From assembly GCA_002869165.1 (NCBI GenBank), contig PKTK01000001.1, positions 251,362 through 315,361 on the forward strand: a stretch of 64,000 bases of DNA, read 5' to 3'. A program made the position numbers and the translations under genes. The notes below the pieces were generated by a model, which saw nothing but the letters and a program-made list of their open reading frames with translations, did no database searches and was not told the DNA's origin. The DNA is from Candidatus Parcubacteria bacterium. GTDB lineage: Bacteria; Patescibacteriota; Patescibacteriia; Patescibacteriales; UBA12075. Position 1 is the first letter of the stretch. Each line of letters begins with the position of its first letter. Positions 1 to 9,670 of this stretch are shown one piece after another.

Positions 1-64
1 TTGCAATTATTGTGATTTTTTTATAAACTAAGTATAAGACTTATAATCTAAAATTAGTAAAAAT

Positions 65-1555
65 ATGAAGAAAATAGAATTATATAATACATTAGAACGG
101 AAAAAACAAGAATTTAAACCGATTATTTCAGGTGAAGTAGGTTTATATACCTGTGGTCCTACAGTATACAATTTTGCACATATTGGAAATCTTAGAGCTT
201 ATATTTTTGAGGATATTTTAAAAAGAGTTTTGAGATATAATGGATATAAGGTTAAACATGTTATGAATATCACTGACGTAGGACATTTGACTGGTGATAT
301 GGATATGGGAGAGGATAAGATGGAAAAGGGATCAAAGCGTGAAGGTAAGACTGCCTGGGAGGTAGCTGAGTTCTATACTGAAGCTTTTATGAAAGATATC
401 AAAGCCTTGAATATAGAAGAGCCTAATATTTGGTGTAAAGCAACTGACTATATAAAAGAACAGGTGATAATGATAAGTATGCTTGAAGAGAAGGGCTATA
501 CCTATGTAATATCTGACGGTGTATATTTTGATACCTCTAAGGTAAAAGAATACAATAAACTTTCACATTTAAAACTAGAAGATTTACAAGAAGGTGCTAG
601 AGTAGAAAAGAACGATGAAAAGAAAAATCCAACAGATTTTGCTCTTTGGAAATTTTCTTATCCGGGTGGTAGGGCTTTTGATCCAAGCAAAGACAAAGAA
701 GAAGAAAAAAGACAAATGGAGTGGGAAACTCCCTGGGGTCTTGGTTTTCCTGGTTGGCATCTAGAATGTTCGGCAATGTCAGCTAAGGAACTTGGCAAAC
801 AACTCGATATTCACTGTGGCGGCATAGATCACATAAATGTACATCATACCAATGAAATTGCTCAGTCTGAAGCTGCTAGTGGCGAGAAGTTTTTCAACTA
901 CTGGATGCATGGCGCTTTTCTAAATATTGAAGGAGGCAAGAAAATGGCCAAGTCTGATGATAATTTTTTAACACTTGAGAATGCTTTTTTAAAAAAAGGA
1001 ATGGACCCCTTAGTATATAGATTTGCAACTTTGCAAACCCATTATCGAAAGCCGATGGAGTATTCCGAAGAAGGTATGAAAAATGCTAGTAAGGGCTTTG
1101 AGCATTTAAGAAATCAAGTTAGAGCCTTGGGAGAGGAGGCTGGAAACGTAAATGAAGATTTTAAATCTAAATTTACAGATGCTATAAATGATGACTTAAA
1201 TACACCTCAAGCTTTAGCAGTAGTTCAGGAGGTATTAAAATCAGATATGTCTAGTAATGATAAATTAGCTACGGTTTTTGATTTTGATATTGTTTTAGGG
1301 CTTGGGCTAGGGGAGTTGGATGGAGAAAATATAAACATTGAAAGTGATGAAATGAATACAGAATTATATATAGAAGAAGGATTAAAAAGCATTCCAGAGG
1401 ATGATTTAAAATGGATAAGAGAGAAGGCTCCTATAAGAAATTTAGCAAGAAAAAATAAAGATTGGGCTGAATCTGATAGACTTAGAGATCAATTTGAGTC
1501 TAGGGGATATATTATTAAGGACACTAACAAAGGAATGGAGATTAAGAAGAAATAA
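65..1555 (+). CDS. cysS: cysteine--tRNA ligase
   Basis: 496-aa ORF; class I aaRS HIGH-type motif (HIGNLRAY) and KMSKS-type motif (KMAKS); overall CysS-like architecture. Confidence 0.93.
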   Translation: MKKIELYNTLERKKQEFKPIISGEVGLYTCGPTVYNFAHIGNLRAYIFEDILKRVLRYNGYKVKHVMNITDVGHLTGDMDMGEDKMEKGSKREGKTAWEVAEFYTEAFMKDIKALNIEEPNIWCKATDYIKEQVIMISMLEEKGYTYVISDGVYFDTSKVKEYNKLSHLKLEDLQEGARVEKNDEKKNPTDFALWKFSYPGGRAFDPSKDKEEEKRQMEWETPWGLGFPGWHLECSAMSAKELGKQLDIHCGGIDHINVHHTNEIAQSEAASGEKFFNYWMHGAFLNIEGGKKMAKSDDNFLTLENAFLKKGMDPLVYRFATLQTHYRKPMEYSEEGMKNASKGFEHLRNQVRALGEEAGNVNEDFKSKFTDAINDDLNTPQALAVVQEVLKSDMSSNDKLATVFDFDIVLGLGLGELDGENINIESDEMNTELYIEEGLKSIPEDDLKWIREKAPIRNLARKNKDWAESDRLRDQFESRGYIIKDTNKGMEIKKK

Positions 1556-1562
1556 TTATCCA

Positions 1563-2017
1563 TTGTCATTCCCGGCTGGAGTTGTGAGTGAATGCGAGCT
1601 ACGGAAGGGAAGGGAATCCAGGGGTGGTTAGTAAAATTATAAAAGAGGAGGGTAATATGAAGAAAGAATATTTCTATTATGTATATATGCTCGCTAGTCA
1701 AAGAAACGGCACATTATATATTGGTGTGACAAATAGTCTATTTAGAAGAAGTTTTCAGCACAAGCTAAAAGAAAATCCAGAGTCATTTACAGCAAAACAT
1801 AGTATTGAAAAGCTAGTTTATTATGAAACATATAATGATATATATTTGGCTCTAGGAAGAGAAAAATAATTAAAAGGTTGGAATAGGGCATGGAAAATTA
1901 AATTAATTGAAAAAGAAAATAAGACTTGGCGGGATTTATTTTTGGATATGGTGAATTAATATTTATACGAGTTTCTCCTGGATTCCCTTCCCTCGCTTCG
2001 CTCGCCGGGAATGACAA
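1563..2017. mobile_element. TIR-flanked element carrying a GIY-YIG gene (arms GTCATTCCCGGC...GGAATCCAGG / CCTGGATTCC...GCCGGGAATGACAA)
   Basis: Imperfect inverted repeat arms at 1563-1622 and 1977-2017 bracket the GIY-YIG ORF; same arm family recurs at 49701-49813. Confidence 0.4.
1657..1869 (+). CDS. GIY-YIG nuclease family protein (UPF0213-like); frame continues past an in-frame TAA to 1959
   Basis: Strong RBS AAGAGGAGG 7 nt upstream of ATG 1657; YVYML...GTLYIGVTN GIY-YIG motif; the sequence after TAA 1867-1869 reads LKGWNRAWKIKLIEKENKTWRDLF, which is the conserved C-terminus of this family. Confidence 0.7.
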   Translation: MKKEYFYYVYMLASQRNGTLYIGVTNSLFRRSFQHKLKENPESFTAKHSIEKLVYYETYNDIYLALGREK

Positions 2018-2143
2018 GAGAAAGAGCTTCGCCCGTCGGGAATGACAAAGAAAAAGGATTCCGCTCGCCGGGAATGACAAGAGAAAGAGCTTCGCCCGCC
2101 GGGAATGACAAAGAAAAAGGATTCCGCTCGACGGGAATGACAG
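2004..2143. repeat. 63-bp tandem repeat (about 2.2 copies) with 31/32-bp sub-period containing CGGGAATGACAA
   Basis: Direct reading: GCCGGGAATGACAA at 2004, 2067 and a partial copy at 2130; part of the right arm of the GIY-YIG element. Confidence 0.8.
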
Positions 2144-2268
2144 AGGTGGGAGTCCCAGGGTGACAAAGAAGAAAATAATTTGCTTCGTTCGAGGTGAAGA
2201 ATTTAGGAGCAATAAGTCAATGAACATACCATGGTATGTTCATTGCAAAAAAGTGAATTTAAAATATT

Positions 2269-3204
2269 ATGAATAACAATTTTTGGGAAAATTTAGATAA
2301 AGGTTTTTTGGCACTGGCTCCTTTGGCCGGTGTTTCTGATTTGCCTTTTCGGCAGATCTGTAAAGAATATGGTGCGGATGTGGTTTATTCAGAAATGGCT
2401 TCAGCAACTGCTCTTGCTTTTGCGCCTGAGAAAACTCTGGAACTTGTTGAATTTGAGGATGTAGAACGACCTTATGTAGTCCAGTTGTTTGGTAAAGATC
2501 CAGAACATTTTAAAGTAGCAGCCAAATTAATAGAAGAAAGAATAAGTCCCGATGGCATTGATATTAATTTTGGTTGCCCGGTCCCTAAGGTAGCTAAGCA
2601 AACCGCTGGTGCAGAGCTTTTTAAGGATATTAAACTTTCCAAAAAAATCATTGAAGCTACTATCAATTCAACTTCATTGCCAGTTTCAATAAAGACAAGA
2701 ACTCAAGCAGGTCCAACTCATTTGCTTGAATTTTTGGATTACATGCAGAATCTAGACATAAAAGCACTAATGGTGCATGGCAGAACTTTGAAACAAGGGT
2801 TTGTGGGGGATGTAGATTATGAAACTATAAAGAGATCTAGAGATTATTTTGGAGGAATTTTGATAGCTAACGGAGGAATTGTGGATAAGAAGAGTGCTTT
2901 GAAAATGCAAGAAAAAACAGGTGCAGATGGTCTAGGAATTGCTCGAGGTGCTTTTGGCCGGCCTTGGATATTTTCCGAACTTAAAGTTAATAACTATCAA
3001 TCGCCAGAGCAAAAGGAAATTTATAAGATTATTTTACGTCACGCTGAATTAATAGTAGAGAAAAAGACTGAGAAGTATTTACTGGAATTTCGCAAGCATT
3101 TATGTTGGTATGTAAACGGCATGCCAAATGCCAAGCGACTTAGAGAAGAATTTGTAAAAGTAGAGACGCTAAGTGATATAAAGGAAATTATTAATAAAAA
3201 TTAG
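2269..3204 (+). CDS. dus: tRNA-dihydrouridine synthase
   Basis: 311 aa; LAPLAGVSDLPFR...VVYSEM N-terminus and a TIM-barrel flavoprotein pattern typical of the Dus family. Confidence 0.88.
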   Translation: MNNNFWENLDKGFLALAPLAGVSDLPFRQICKEYGADVVYSEMASATALAFAPEKTLELVEFEDVERPYVVQLFGKDPEHFKVAAKLIEERISPDGIDINFGCPVPKVAKQTAGAELFKDIKLSKKIIEATINSTSLPVSIKTRTQAGPTHLLEFLDYMQNLDIKALMVHGRTLKQGFVGDVDYETIKRSRDYFGGILIANGGIVDKKSALKMQEKTGADGLGIARGAFGRPWIFSELKVNNYQSPEQKEIYKIILRHAELIVEKKTEKYLLEFRKHLCWYVNGMPNAKRLREEFVKVETLSDIKEIINKN

Positions 3205-3415
3205 GACTTTTAAACACAAAAGACGACAATTTAATGTCGTCTTTATTTTTTTTGTAATTATTATTTTTATTAAGATCATTTTCACATTTGAGACAGATGT
3301 CATATCCTGCTTCTAGTAGAGATTTGTGAAGTTTTTTTTCGCAAATAAAACAAACTCTTTCACCCTTTTTATTGTATCTTTTGGTGAGTATTGCCTTATC
3401 TATTTTTTTGACCAT
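3191..3415 (-). CDS. small zinc-ribbon protein (CxxC...CxxC)
   Basis: 74-aa ORF; TKRYNKKGERVCFICEKK...CLKCEND; its 3' tail runs through the dus terminator hairpin, so the C-terminal extent is uncertain. Confidence 0.4.
   Translation of the reverse strand: MVKKIDKAILTKRYNKKGERVCFICEKKLHKSLLEAGYDICLKCENDLNKNNNYKKNKDDIKLSSFVFKSPNFY
3220..3252 (+). terminator. rho-independent terminator after dus
   Basis: Hairpin AAGACGACAATTTAATGTCGTCTTT followed by a T-run. Confidence 0.6.
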
Positions 3416-3429
3416 TTTCTTATCCTGAT

Positions 3430-3588
3430 TTATTCTTCATATTCATCAAGCTCAGCTTCAAACTGTTCTTTACAGCAAGCTATACAGTGAGTAGTGCTAT
3501 TTTTTTTGTCTTCATCTGACATAGTTTTTTCGCAATCTCGGCAGATTTGTTGATCGTCTTTGTCATATTTTTTCGTATTGTAGTACAT
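3430..3588 (-). CDS. small zinc-ribbon protein, paralog of the 3191-3415 ORF
   Basis: 52-aa ORF below the ORF-track cutoff; GGTGAGG-like RBS upstream; MYYNTKKYDKDDQQICRDCEKT...CIACC aligns with TKRYNKKGERVCFICEKK of the neighbouring gene. Confidence 0.4.
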   Translation of the reverse strand: MYYNTKKYDKDDQQICRDCEKTMSDEDKKNSTTHCIACCKEQFEAELDEYEE

Positions 3589-3736
3589 TTACCTCACCTT
3601 TCTCTTGAGATTTGTGTAGATATTGTTTTAAAAAGATCAGTATAATATGTATAGCAGATATCGTTTTTTGCGTCAATAAAACAGCTCGTAGAGCTGTTTT
3701 ATTGTTATTTGATATATATTTTGCAATATGTCTATA

Positions 3737-4705
3737 TTAGAGCCATTTTTTCTTGTAGAAAAACATAATCATTCCCAGACAACCAACAAACATAATAGAA
3801 ACAACTATCCAAAAGTCGTAAGGACTATTAAGAAAAGGCATAGAATTCATAGTGTTCATACCAAAAATGGCTGCAAACAAAGTTAATGGAAACACAATAA
3901 CAGAAAAAATTGTCAAAGTTTTCATTACATCAGATATTTGGTAATTTAACATTGATTCATTGGTTGAGTTAAGCACCTCAATCATTTCTTTTTGCAGTTC
4001 TAAATATTCCCAGAATCTTTTTGAGTGCTCGAGAAGATCATTATAGTATATTTTGACTGTTTTTTCGTCAACAAAACCAGTGTGATATTCTGAAAGTTTT
4101 TTAATGATATTTTTGTGGTTCTGCATAATCCGTCGAGTGTTAATGATATTTCTGCGTAGGGTCAGGATATCAGATACGGCTTGTTTTGATTCTTGAGCAA
4201 AAATTGTTTCTTCAATATCATTTAAAATTATGCTATTTTTATCTAATAGCGTGAAGGAGTCAAGCATCAGTCTTTCGAGTATTTCATAAAGCAAAACAGT
4301 GGATGATTCAAATTTGAATGATTTCAGAGCTTGGTTATCTTTTTTTGCAGAACTAAAAAATGACTTAAGAGAATGTAGCTCGTTGTTATGTAATGTTATT
4401 AGATAATCATCTCCAATAAAAAATTCTATTTCTCCGGAAGCAATATGCCCATCCTTATAAACAGGAAAATGCAAAATCATAAAAGTATAGCCATCACCTT
4501 TTTCAATATTTGGTCTTTGAGCAACTGCCTTGATAGAAGAAATCTGAAGATGAGCTAAGGAAAATTTATAATTTTTTCTTAAGAATTCGATTTCTTTTTT
4601 TCGTGGACTTCTTACATCAATCCAAGTTAGTTTATCATCAGGAGTGCTAGGATTATCAATAGTTAACTCATGGATATTTTTAGATATTTTGTTATAGATA
4701 GCCAT
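3737..4705 (-). CDS. corA: CorA-family magnesium/cobalt transporter
   Basis: 322 aa; two C-terminal TM helices with an FGMN motif (the GMN signature) and a large N-terminal cytoplasmic domain. Confidence 0.85.
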   Translation of the reverse strand: MAIYNKISKNIHELTIDNPSTPDDKLTWIDVRSPRKKEIEFLRKNYKFSLAHLQISSIKAVAQRPNIEKGDGYTFMILHFPVYKDGHIASGEIEFFIGDDYLITLHNNELHSLKSFFSSAKKDNQALKSFKFESSTVLLYEILERLMLDSFTLLDKNSIILNDIEETIFAQESKQAVSDILTLRRNIINTRRIMQNHKNIIKKLSEYHTGFVDEKTVKIYYNDLLEHSKRFWEYLELQKEMIEVLNSTNESMLNYQISDVMKTLTIFSVIVFPLTLFAAIFGMNTMNSMPFLNSPYDFWIVVSIMFVGCLGMIMFFYKKKWL

Positions 4706-4762
4706 ATTTTCGAATAATCATTAACATTTAATATTATAACATAATTATAAATATTTTAAAAA

Positions 4763-6673
4763 TTATCTGGTAAACTTGAATATATATATATCGCCATCAC
4801 TCATAGCCTCCCAGGAGTCAGCTTCTAATTTAGCTTCTTCAAGTAGTTTAGGAAAGGCCCACCAAAATTTACTTAAACAAAAATAAGCAGTGTTTACTTG
4901 GGCTAAATCCATAGCTTCAAGCATTGTTTCGCGGCTAGGTTTTTCATTTACCATTTGAAGATAATATTTATAAAGTTTTGCTCCAGTTGGTATTGGATAG
5001 TAGAAAATTTCTTCACCGTTACTACTGGTATAGTAATTATTGAAACCAAATTTTTTGAGTGCCGCAACGCTTGTTTGTTGATTTGCAAGCACAATATAAT
5101 TTTCTTTTGAGTTATTTTCAATCCATTCAACTGTTTGTAAGTCAATATTACTCATTGAATAACCATGAGAGTTGTGATAATTATCAAAGCGGGGATAGTT
5201 GATATAAATAAAAATTACAAACAAAGTAGAAAAAAATATATAGAAAAATATTTGTTGAGTAATTTTAAGTTTAAAAATATTTTTGAATATTGTTGCAAAA
5301 AGTAAAAGCATTATAGGATAGGAGATAATAACAATATCTTTAATAATACGAAGAAGAAAATCGCCTCTTTCGTAATCAATCAAAAATGAAAAAGATAGTT
5401 TTGAACTTAACACAAGCGAGATAATTAAACCACCAATAAGAATTATTAAGAGTTTTGTATTTTGCACTTTTTTCTTTATGGTCCAGTAGATAGCAACTAT
5501 CAAGGATAAAACAAAAAATAGACTTAAATTTTTTTCGAATAAATAAATGGTGTTTAGAAATATATTTTCAGAATTTGGTATCCCAAAATTAAAAAAATCT
5601 AATAAATTCAAACCATTCTCATTCTGCCCTTGTGTTAAAGAGTTATTTTTTTTACTGGCAATTATAAAGGCTATTGGTATTAAGGTACTTGCAGAAATAA
5701 ATAAAATCGAATTAATTGTTTTTTTATATTTGCCAAAGTGGCTTTTTTTAATTATTAAAAATATTGAAAAGAGTAAAGCAGGGATACCTGCAATTGCTTG
5801 ACTAACTATAGCAGCCAATGAAAGAGAAATGTTTAGGATATATTGTGATTTATTTCTTGCAATTAGTCCAATCAATATACTTAGCAAGAGCAAGAGAAAA
5901 GCAAAGTTTTGAGGAGTAGTAAGGTAAAATATGCCCAGGGGCAGAGACATGAAAAAAGTAGTTGTTAATATTGACGATCTTGAACTAAAACCATTTACAT
6001 AAAGAAAGCGATAACAGTATATTGGTATATAAATTGAGGCCAACAGAGGTACGAGCAATAAATGAATAAGGTGTAAAGGAATAAAAGAGACTTTGTTGAG
6101 AATAATCACCAGAGAATACTGCCCAAGATAATAAAGAGGTTTGGGGTTTACAAATCCCTTTTCGGAAATTAATTCCATAGTAGCTTCATGAATAAAAAAA
6201 TCAAAGCCAAAACCAAGTTTGTATATTATAATAACAATTATATTTATTACTAAGGATTGTATGCTTATCCAAAAAATAATGAATTTACATTTTAGGTATA
6301 CTAAGCCAGATAGTATTAAAAAATTGATAAATAAGAGAATGAATATTTTATTTGAAACCACTTCCCAGGGTGAAATCAAGGAGCTTGTAGTACTAGCTTC
6401 AAGAAGTTTATAAATAACTAAGAAGTTGTTCACTAAAAAAAGAAATATTAGCAATAGTTTTTTATGAGAGTAAGGAGAAGAGTCTATTTGACATCTTGTA
6501 TTGGTTTCTTGGTATTTTTTCTGTATAATAAAGTATATAGATATACTTAAAAGTAAACTTATAAAGACACCCAAGAAATTTAGAGAATATAACTTATATA
6601 TTATTGCACCTATAAATGAAAGTAGGGCCAAGAAAAGCAGAGTTTTGTCTAATATTTTTATTATTTTATTCAT
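4763..6673 (-). CDS. polytopic membrane protein (more than 12 predicted TM helices) with a C-terminal soluble domain; possible GT-C-type glycosyltransferase
   Basis: 636 aa, extremely hydrophobic N-terminal 480 aa and a hydrophilic C-terminus; no diagnostic motif recognised. Confidence 0.55.
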   Translation of the reverse strand: MNKIIKILDKTLLFLALLSFIGAIIYKLYSLNFLGVFISLLLSISIYFIIQKKYQETNTRCQIDSSPYSHKKLLLIFLFLVNNFLVIYKLLEASTTSSLISPWEVVSNKIFILLFINFLILSGLVYLKCKFIIFWISIQSLVINIIVIIIYKLGFGFDFFIHEATMELISEKGFVNPKPLYYLGQYSLVIILNKVSFIPLHLIHLLLVPLLASIYIPIYCYRFLYVNGFSSRSSILTTTFFMSLPLGIFYLTTPQNFAFLLLLLSILIGLIARNKSQYILNISLSLAAIVSQAIAGIPALLFSIFLIIKKSHFGKYKKTINSILFISASTLIPIAFIIASKKNNSLTQGQNENGLNLLDFFNFGIPNSENIFLNTIYLFEKNLSLFFVLSLIVAIYWTIKKKVQNTKLLIILIGGLIISLVLSSKLSFSFLIDYERGDFLLRIIKDIVIISYPIMLLLFATIFKNIFKLKITQQIFFYIFFSTLFVIFIYINYPRFDNYHNSHGYSMSNIDLQTVEWIENNSKENYIVLANQQTSVAALKKFGFNNYYTSSNGEEIFYYPIPTGAKLYKYYLQMVNEKPSRETMLEAMDLAQVNTAYFCLSKFWWAFPKLLEEAKLEADSWEAMSDGDIYIFKFTR

Positions 6674-6714
6674 ATATTAATTATATAATTAATTTTCATA
6701 TTTATCCATAGTGC

Positions 6715-7302
6715 ATGGAAACAAATGTTTATCAAAAAGCCGAGAAAATTTATCCTCATGATAAATTGTTAGCTTTGACTTTTTTAAAATTAATTCCTGG
6801 GTTCGTGAAACCTAATCATTTAACTATTTTTAGGTTTTTAGCAACTCCCTTTTTAGTTGTTTTGATATATTGTGGGTGTTACAAGTTGGGTTTTTGGTTT
6901 TTTATAATTGTTTCTTTTTCTGATGCCTTGGATGGGGCAATGGCTAGAACAAGAGCACAAATCACTGAATGGGGGAAGGTGTATGACCCTCTAGCTGATA
7001 AAATATTGATAGCTAGTATGGTTTTTATGATTGCACTGCAGTTTATTGGATTTTGGGTAGCTATGCTTATAGTGGGACTCGAGATTATTATTATTATAGC
7101 TGCTTGGATCAGGAAGATTGAGGGAGGTGTAGTGCAGGCAAATTGGTTTGGTAAAATCAAAATGATACTACAGGTTTTAGGTGTGTCAGTGCTGATTTTG
7201 TCACATATATACGGATTTGTTTCAATGCTTACCTTGGCCTCAGGAGTTCTTTATTTGGCAATTATATTCGCAATTGTATCACTATTGACACATGGTGTTT
7301 AG
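6715..7302 (+). CDS. CDP-alcohol phosphatidyltransferase family protein
   Basis: SDALDGAMARTRAQITEWGKVYDPLADK matches the D-G-x2-A-R...G-x3-D-x3-D family signature; several TM helices. Confidence 0.8.
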   Translation: METNVYQKAEKIYPHDKLLALTFLKLIPGFVKPNHLTIFRFLATPFLVVLIYCGCYKLGFWFFIIVSFSDALDGAMARTRAQITEWGKVYDPLADKILIASMVFMIALQFIGFWVAMLIVGLEIIIIIAAWIRKIEGGVVQANWFGKIKMILQVLGVSVLILSHIYGFVSMLTLASGVLYLAIIFAIVSLLTHGV

Positions 7303-7366
7303 TGTTGTATATAATATTATTGAGAATAAAAGTTCTTTATAAAATATAATAAGGGAGGAAGGAGAA

Positions 7367-7723
7367 ATGAGTAGAAGACAAATATTAATACTAGACAACG
7401 AAATACCTATATTAACAATGCTTGATAGATATTTAAACAGTAAGGTAAAAAAGGTGTTGCTTGCTAGTAATATTGAGGAAGCAAAGGAAGCTATATTGAA
7501 TAATGAAATAAATATAGTATTATCAGATATTAATTTAGGAAATGGAAAAACAGGCTTTGATTTTTATAATTGGGTCTGTAGCAATGGATTATTTACAGGT
7601 ATAAAATATATTTTTATGTCGGCAAACATGTCAGGTGAAAGAATAAAAAAAATTAAAAATTTGCAATGTTTATATATTGAAAAACCTTTTAATCTAAAAA
7701 AGTTAGACGAAATTATTGAATGA
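7367..7723 (+). CDS. stand-alone response-regulator receiver (CheY-like) domain protein
   Basis: 118 aa; ILILDNE acidic pocket, SDINLGNGKTGFD phospho-acceptor region, conserved Lys near KPF. Confidence 0.65.
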   Translation: MSRRQILILDNEIPILTMLDRYLNSKVKKVLLASNIEEAKEAILNNEINIVLSDINLGNGKTGFDFYNWVCSNGLFTGIKYIFMSANMSGERIKKIKNLQCLYIEKPFNLKKLDEIIE

Positions 7724-7730
7724 AAACTCA

Positions 7731-7762
7731 AACCGCATGGTATTAGATCGTGCGGTTTTTTA
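7731..7762 (+). terminator. rho-independent terminator
   Basis: AACCGCATGGTATTAGATCGTGCGGTT hairpin followed by a T-run. Confidence 0.6.
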
Positions 7763-7810
7763 TTGCAAAAAAGTAGCTTTTTTGCTAATATAAAGTTAAA
7801 TAAATAGAGA

Positions 7811-9670
7811 ATGAAACTAAAAAAGAAGCTAAAAAAAGTATTTTTAAATAACTGGCAAATAATGGTAGTAATATTTGTGTGTTCGGGGTTTTTTTTGGCA
7901 ACAGCTAGTTTTAGCTATTATGTTCATGATTATTCAGATAATCCTGCAAAGAAACCAGATTTTGTAAAATGGCTGTCACCTGATGAAACTGCTAATTATA
8001 TATTTGCTAAATTATTTGCTCAAACAGGGAAATTGATTCTAGAAGAATCTTATAATGTCATAGCAGATGATATTATGAGGCCCAGAAGCTTTAGGTCTGA
8101 TAATGGTGAGATTAAGCCAGTGTCGTTTTTAGGAATTATTCTTATATACGGCAGTATTGCCAAAATTTTTTCATACAAGATAATACCTTATTTAACCCCG
8201 TTGCTTGCTTCTATTGGAATTTTTTATTTTTATTTATTTGTATCAAAAATTTTTGGTAAAAACATAGCATTTATTTCAGCCATACTTTTGAGCTTTTTCC
8301 CACCCTTAGTGTATTATACAGCTAGGAGTATGTTTCATAATGTCTTGTTCACTATGCTTTCTCTCGTATCATTGTTTTATTTGTACTTAGTAGCTGAAAA
8401 ACATAAACCAATTAAGCGTATAAAAAATTTGTACAGCAATAAGTTCTTTGAAAGTTATATTTATGCTGTATTGGCCGGTATATTTTTTGGTTTAGCAGCT
8501 ATTACTAGAACCTCTGAGTTACTTTGGTTATTACCTATGGTGGTAGTTCTGTATATATTTAATGTAAAAAAAGTAGGTTTTATTAAACCGGTTATTTTTT
8601 TGATTTTTGTTTTTGTAGCAATGACACCTATGTTTTATTTCAACCATAAACTTTATGGAAGTTATTATTTTGGAGGTTATCCAGAGATGAATGAATCAAT
8701 TTCTACTTTAGCCAAGTCTGGTTCTGAATTAATCAGTATAGAAAGTGTTGGAAATTTTGAACGACTAAAAAGTATTCTAAAAACCATTAAAAATACTATT
8801 TTTCATTTTGGATATGACTATGAACAAAGCAAATTAATGTTTGGTAAATATTTTAAAGAAATGTTTAGTTATTTGTATTGGGGTGCAGTTATTGGCTTTG
8901 TTTTGTTCTTATTTGCTTATAAAAAAATTAAATATAAGCATTTGGTTTATATTATTTTTTACAGTTTTATTAGTTTTATTTTAGTTTCGTATTACGGTTC
9001 ATGGGAATTTTTTGATAATCCAGACAAAGCGGCAGTTACCATAGGTAATTCCTATACTAGGTATTGGCTACCAGTTTATATGGGAGCTATTCCGTTTCTT
9101 GCAGTGTTGATTGTTAAATTTTCTAATATTATTAATTTAATTTTAAAAGTGCGAGTTATTGAGGAAGATGAAGACGGGGATAATGATCAAGAACAAGTTA
9201 GCCTTTTTTCAGAATCAAGAAAAACAGTTTATTCTAAAAATGCCTTACGTTTTATAATAGTGTCTGTTTTTGCAGTCTATTTTGCTCATTTTGTTTTGTA
9301 TGGCTCAGAAGAAGGACTTATTGTTACTGCCAAGAACGCTAAAGCAATGGAGTCTGAATGGTCAAAAGTGCTAGAATTAACCGAAGAAAACAGTGTTATA
9401 GTGACCAGGTATCACGACAAGCTGTTTTTTCCGGAAAGGAAAGTGGTGGTTGGTTTGTTTAACGATATTGAAATGAATGACCGTTATGCTGTGCTGGCCA
9501 ATGAACTGCCTATTTATTACTATAATTTTAGTTTTCGGGATGTTGATCTTGAATATTTAAATGAGAGAAGGTTAGCTGAATCAGGTTTAGGAATAGAATT
9601 AGTTGCTGAAATAAACGATAAGTTTTCTTTGTATAGATTATTTCTTGTAAATAATAATGAAGTTAATTAA
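7811..9670 (+). CDS. large polytopic membrane protein, possible GT-C fold glycosyltransferase (ArnT/PMT-like)
   Basis: 619 aa; about 10 TM helices in the N-terminal two-thirds and a soluble acidic C-terminal domain; immediately followed by a GT4 gene whose start overlaps its end. Confidence 0.45.
   Translation: MKLKKKLKKVFLNNWQIMVVIFVCSGFFLATASFSYYVHDYSDNPAKKPDFVKWLSPDETANYIFAKLFAQTGKLILEESYNVIADDIMRPRSFRSDNGEIKPVSFLGIILIYGSIAKIFSYKIIPYLTPLLASIGIFYFYLFVSKIFGKNIAFISAILLSFFPPLVYYTARSMFHNVLFTMLSLVSLFYLYLVAEKHKPIKRIKNLYSNKFFESYIYAVLAGIFFGLAAITRTSELLWLLPMVVVLYIFNVKKVGFIKPVIFLIFVFVAMTPMFYFNHKLYGSYYFGGYPEMNESISTLAKSGSELISIESVGNFERLKSILKTIKNTIFHFGYDYEQSKLMFGKYFKEMFSYLYWGAVIGFVLFLFAYKKIKYKHLVYIIFYSFISFILVSYYGSWEFFDNPDKAAVTIGNSYTRYWLPVYMGAIPFLAVLIVKFSNIINLILKVRVIEEDEDGDNDQEQVSLFSESRKTVYSKNALRFIIVSVFAVYFAHFVLYGSEEGLIVTAKNAKAMESEWSKVLELTEENSVIVTRYHDKLFFPERKVVVGLFNDIEMNDRYAVLANELPIYYYNFSFRDVDLEYLNERRLAESGLGIELVAEINDKFSLYRLFLVNNNEVN

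Noticed and set aside
2004-2143. Possible CRISPR array suggested by the regularly spaced CGGGAATGACAA repeats
   Set aside because: The 'spacers' alternate between only two sequences and are themselves part of a 63-bp tandem unit. There are no unique spacers, no leader and no cas genes.
1898-2227. Minus-strand ORFs of 109 aa and 67 aa (1898-2227 and 1963-2166) from the ORF track
   Set aside because: Both lie entirely within the 63-bp tandem repeat and TIR arm. Their repetitive translations (CHSRRAKLFLLSFPASGILFL repeated) are a product of the DNA repeat, not coding sequence, and there is no RBS.
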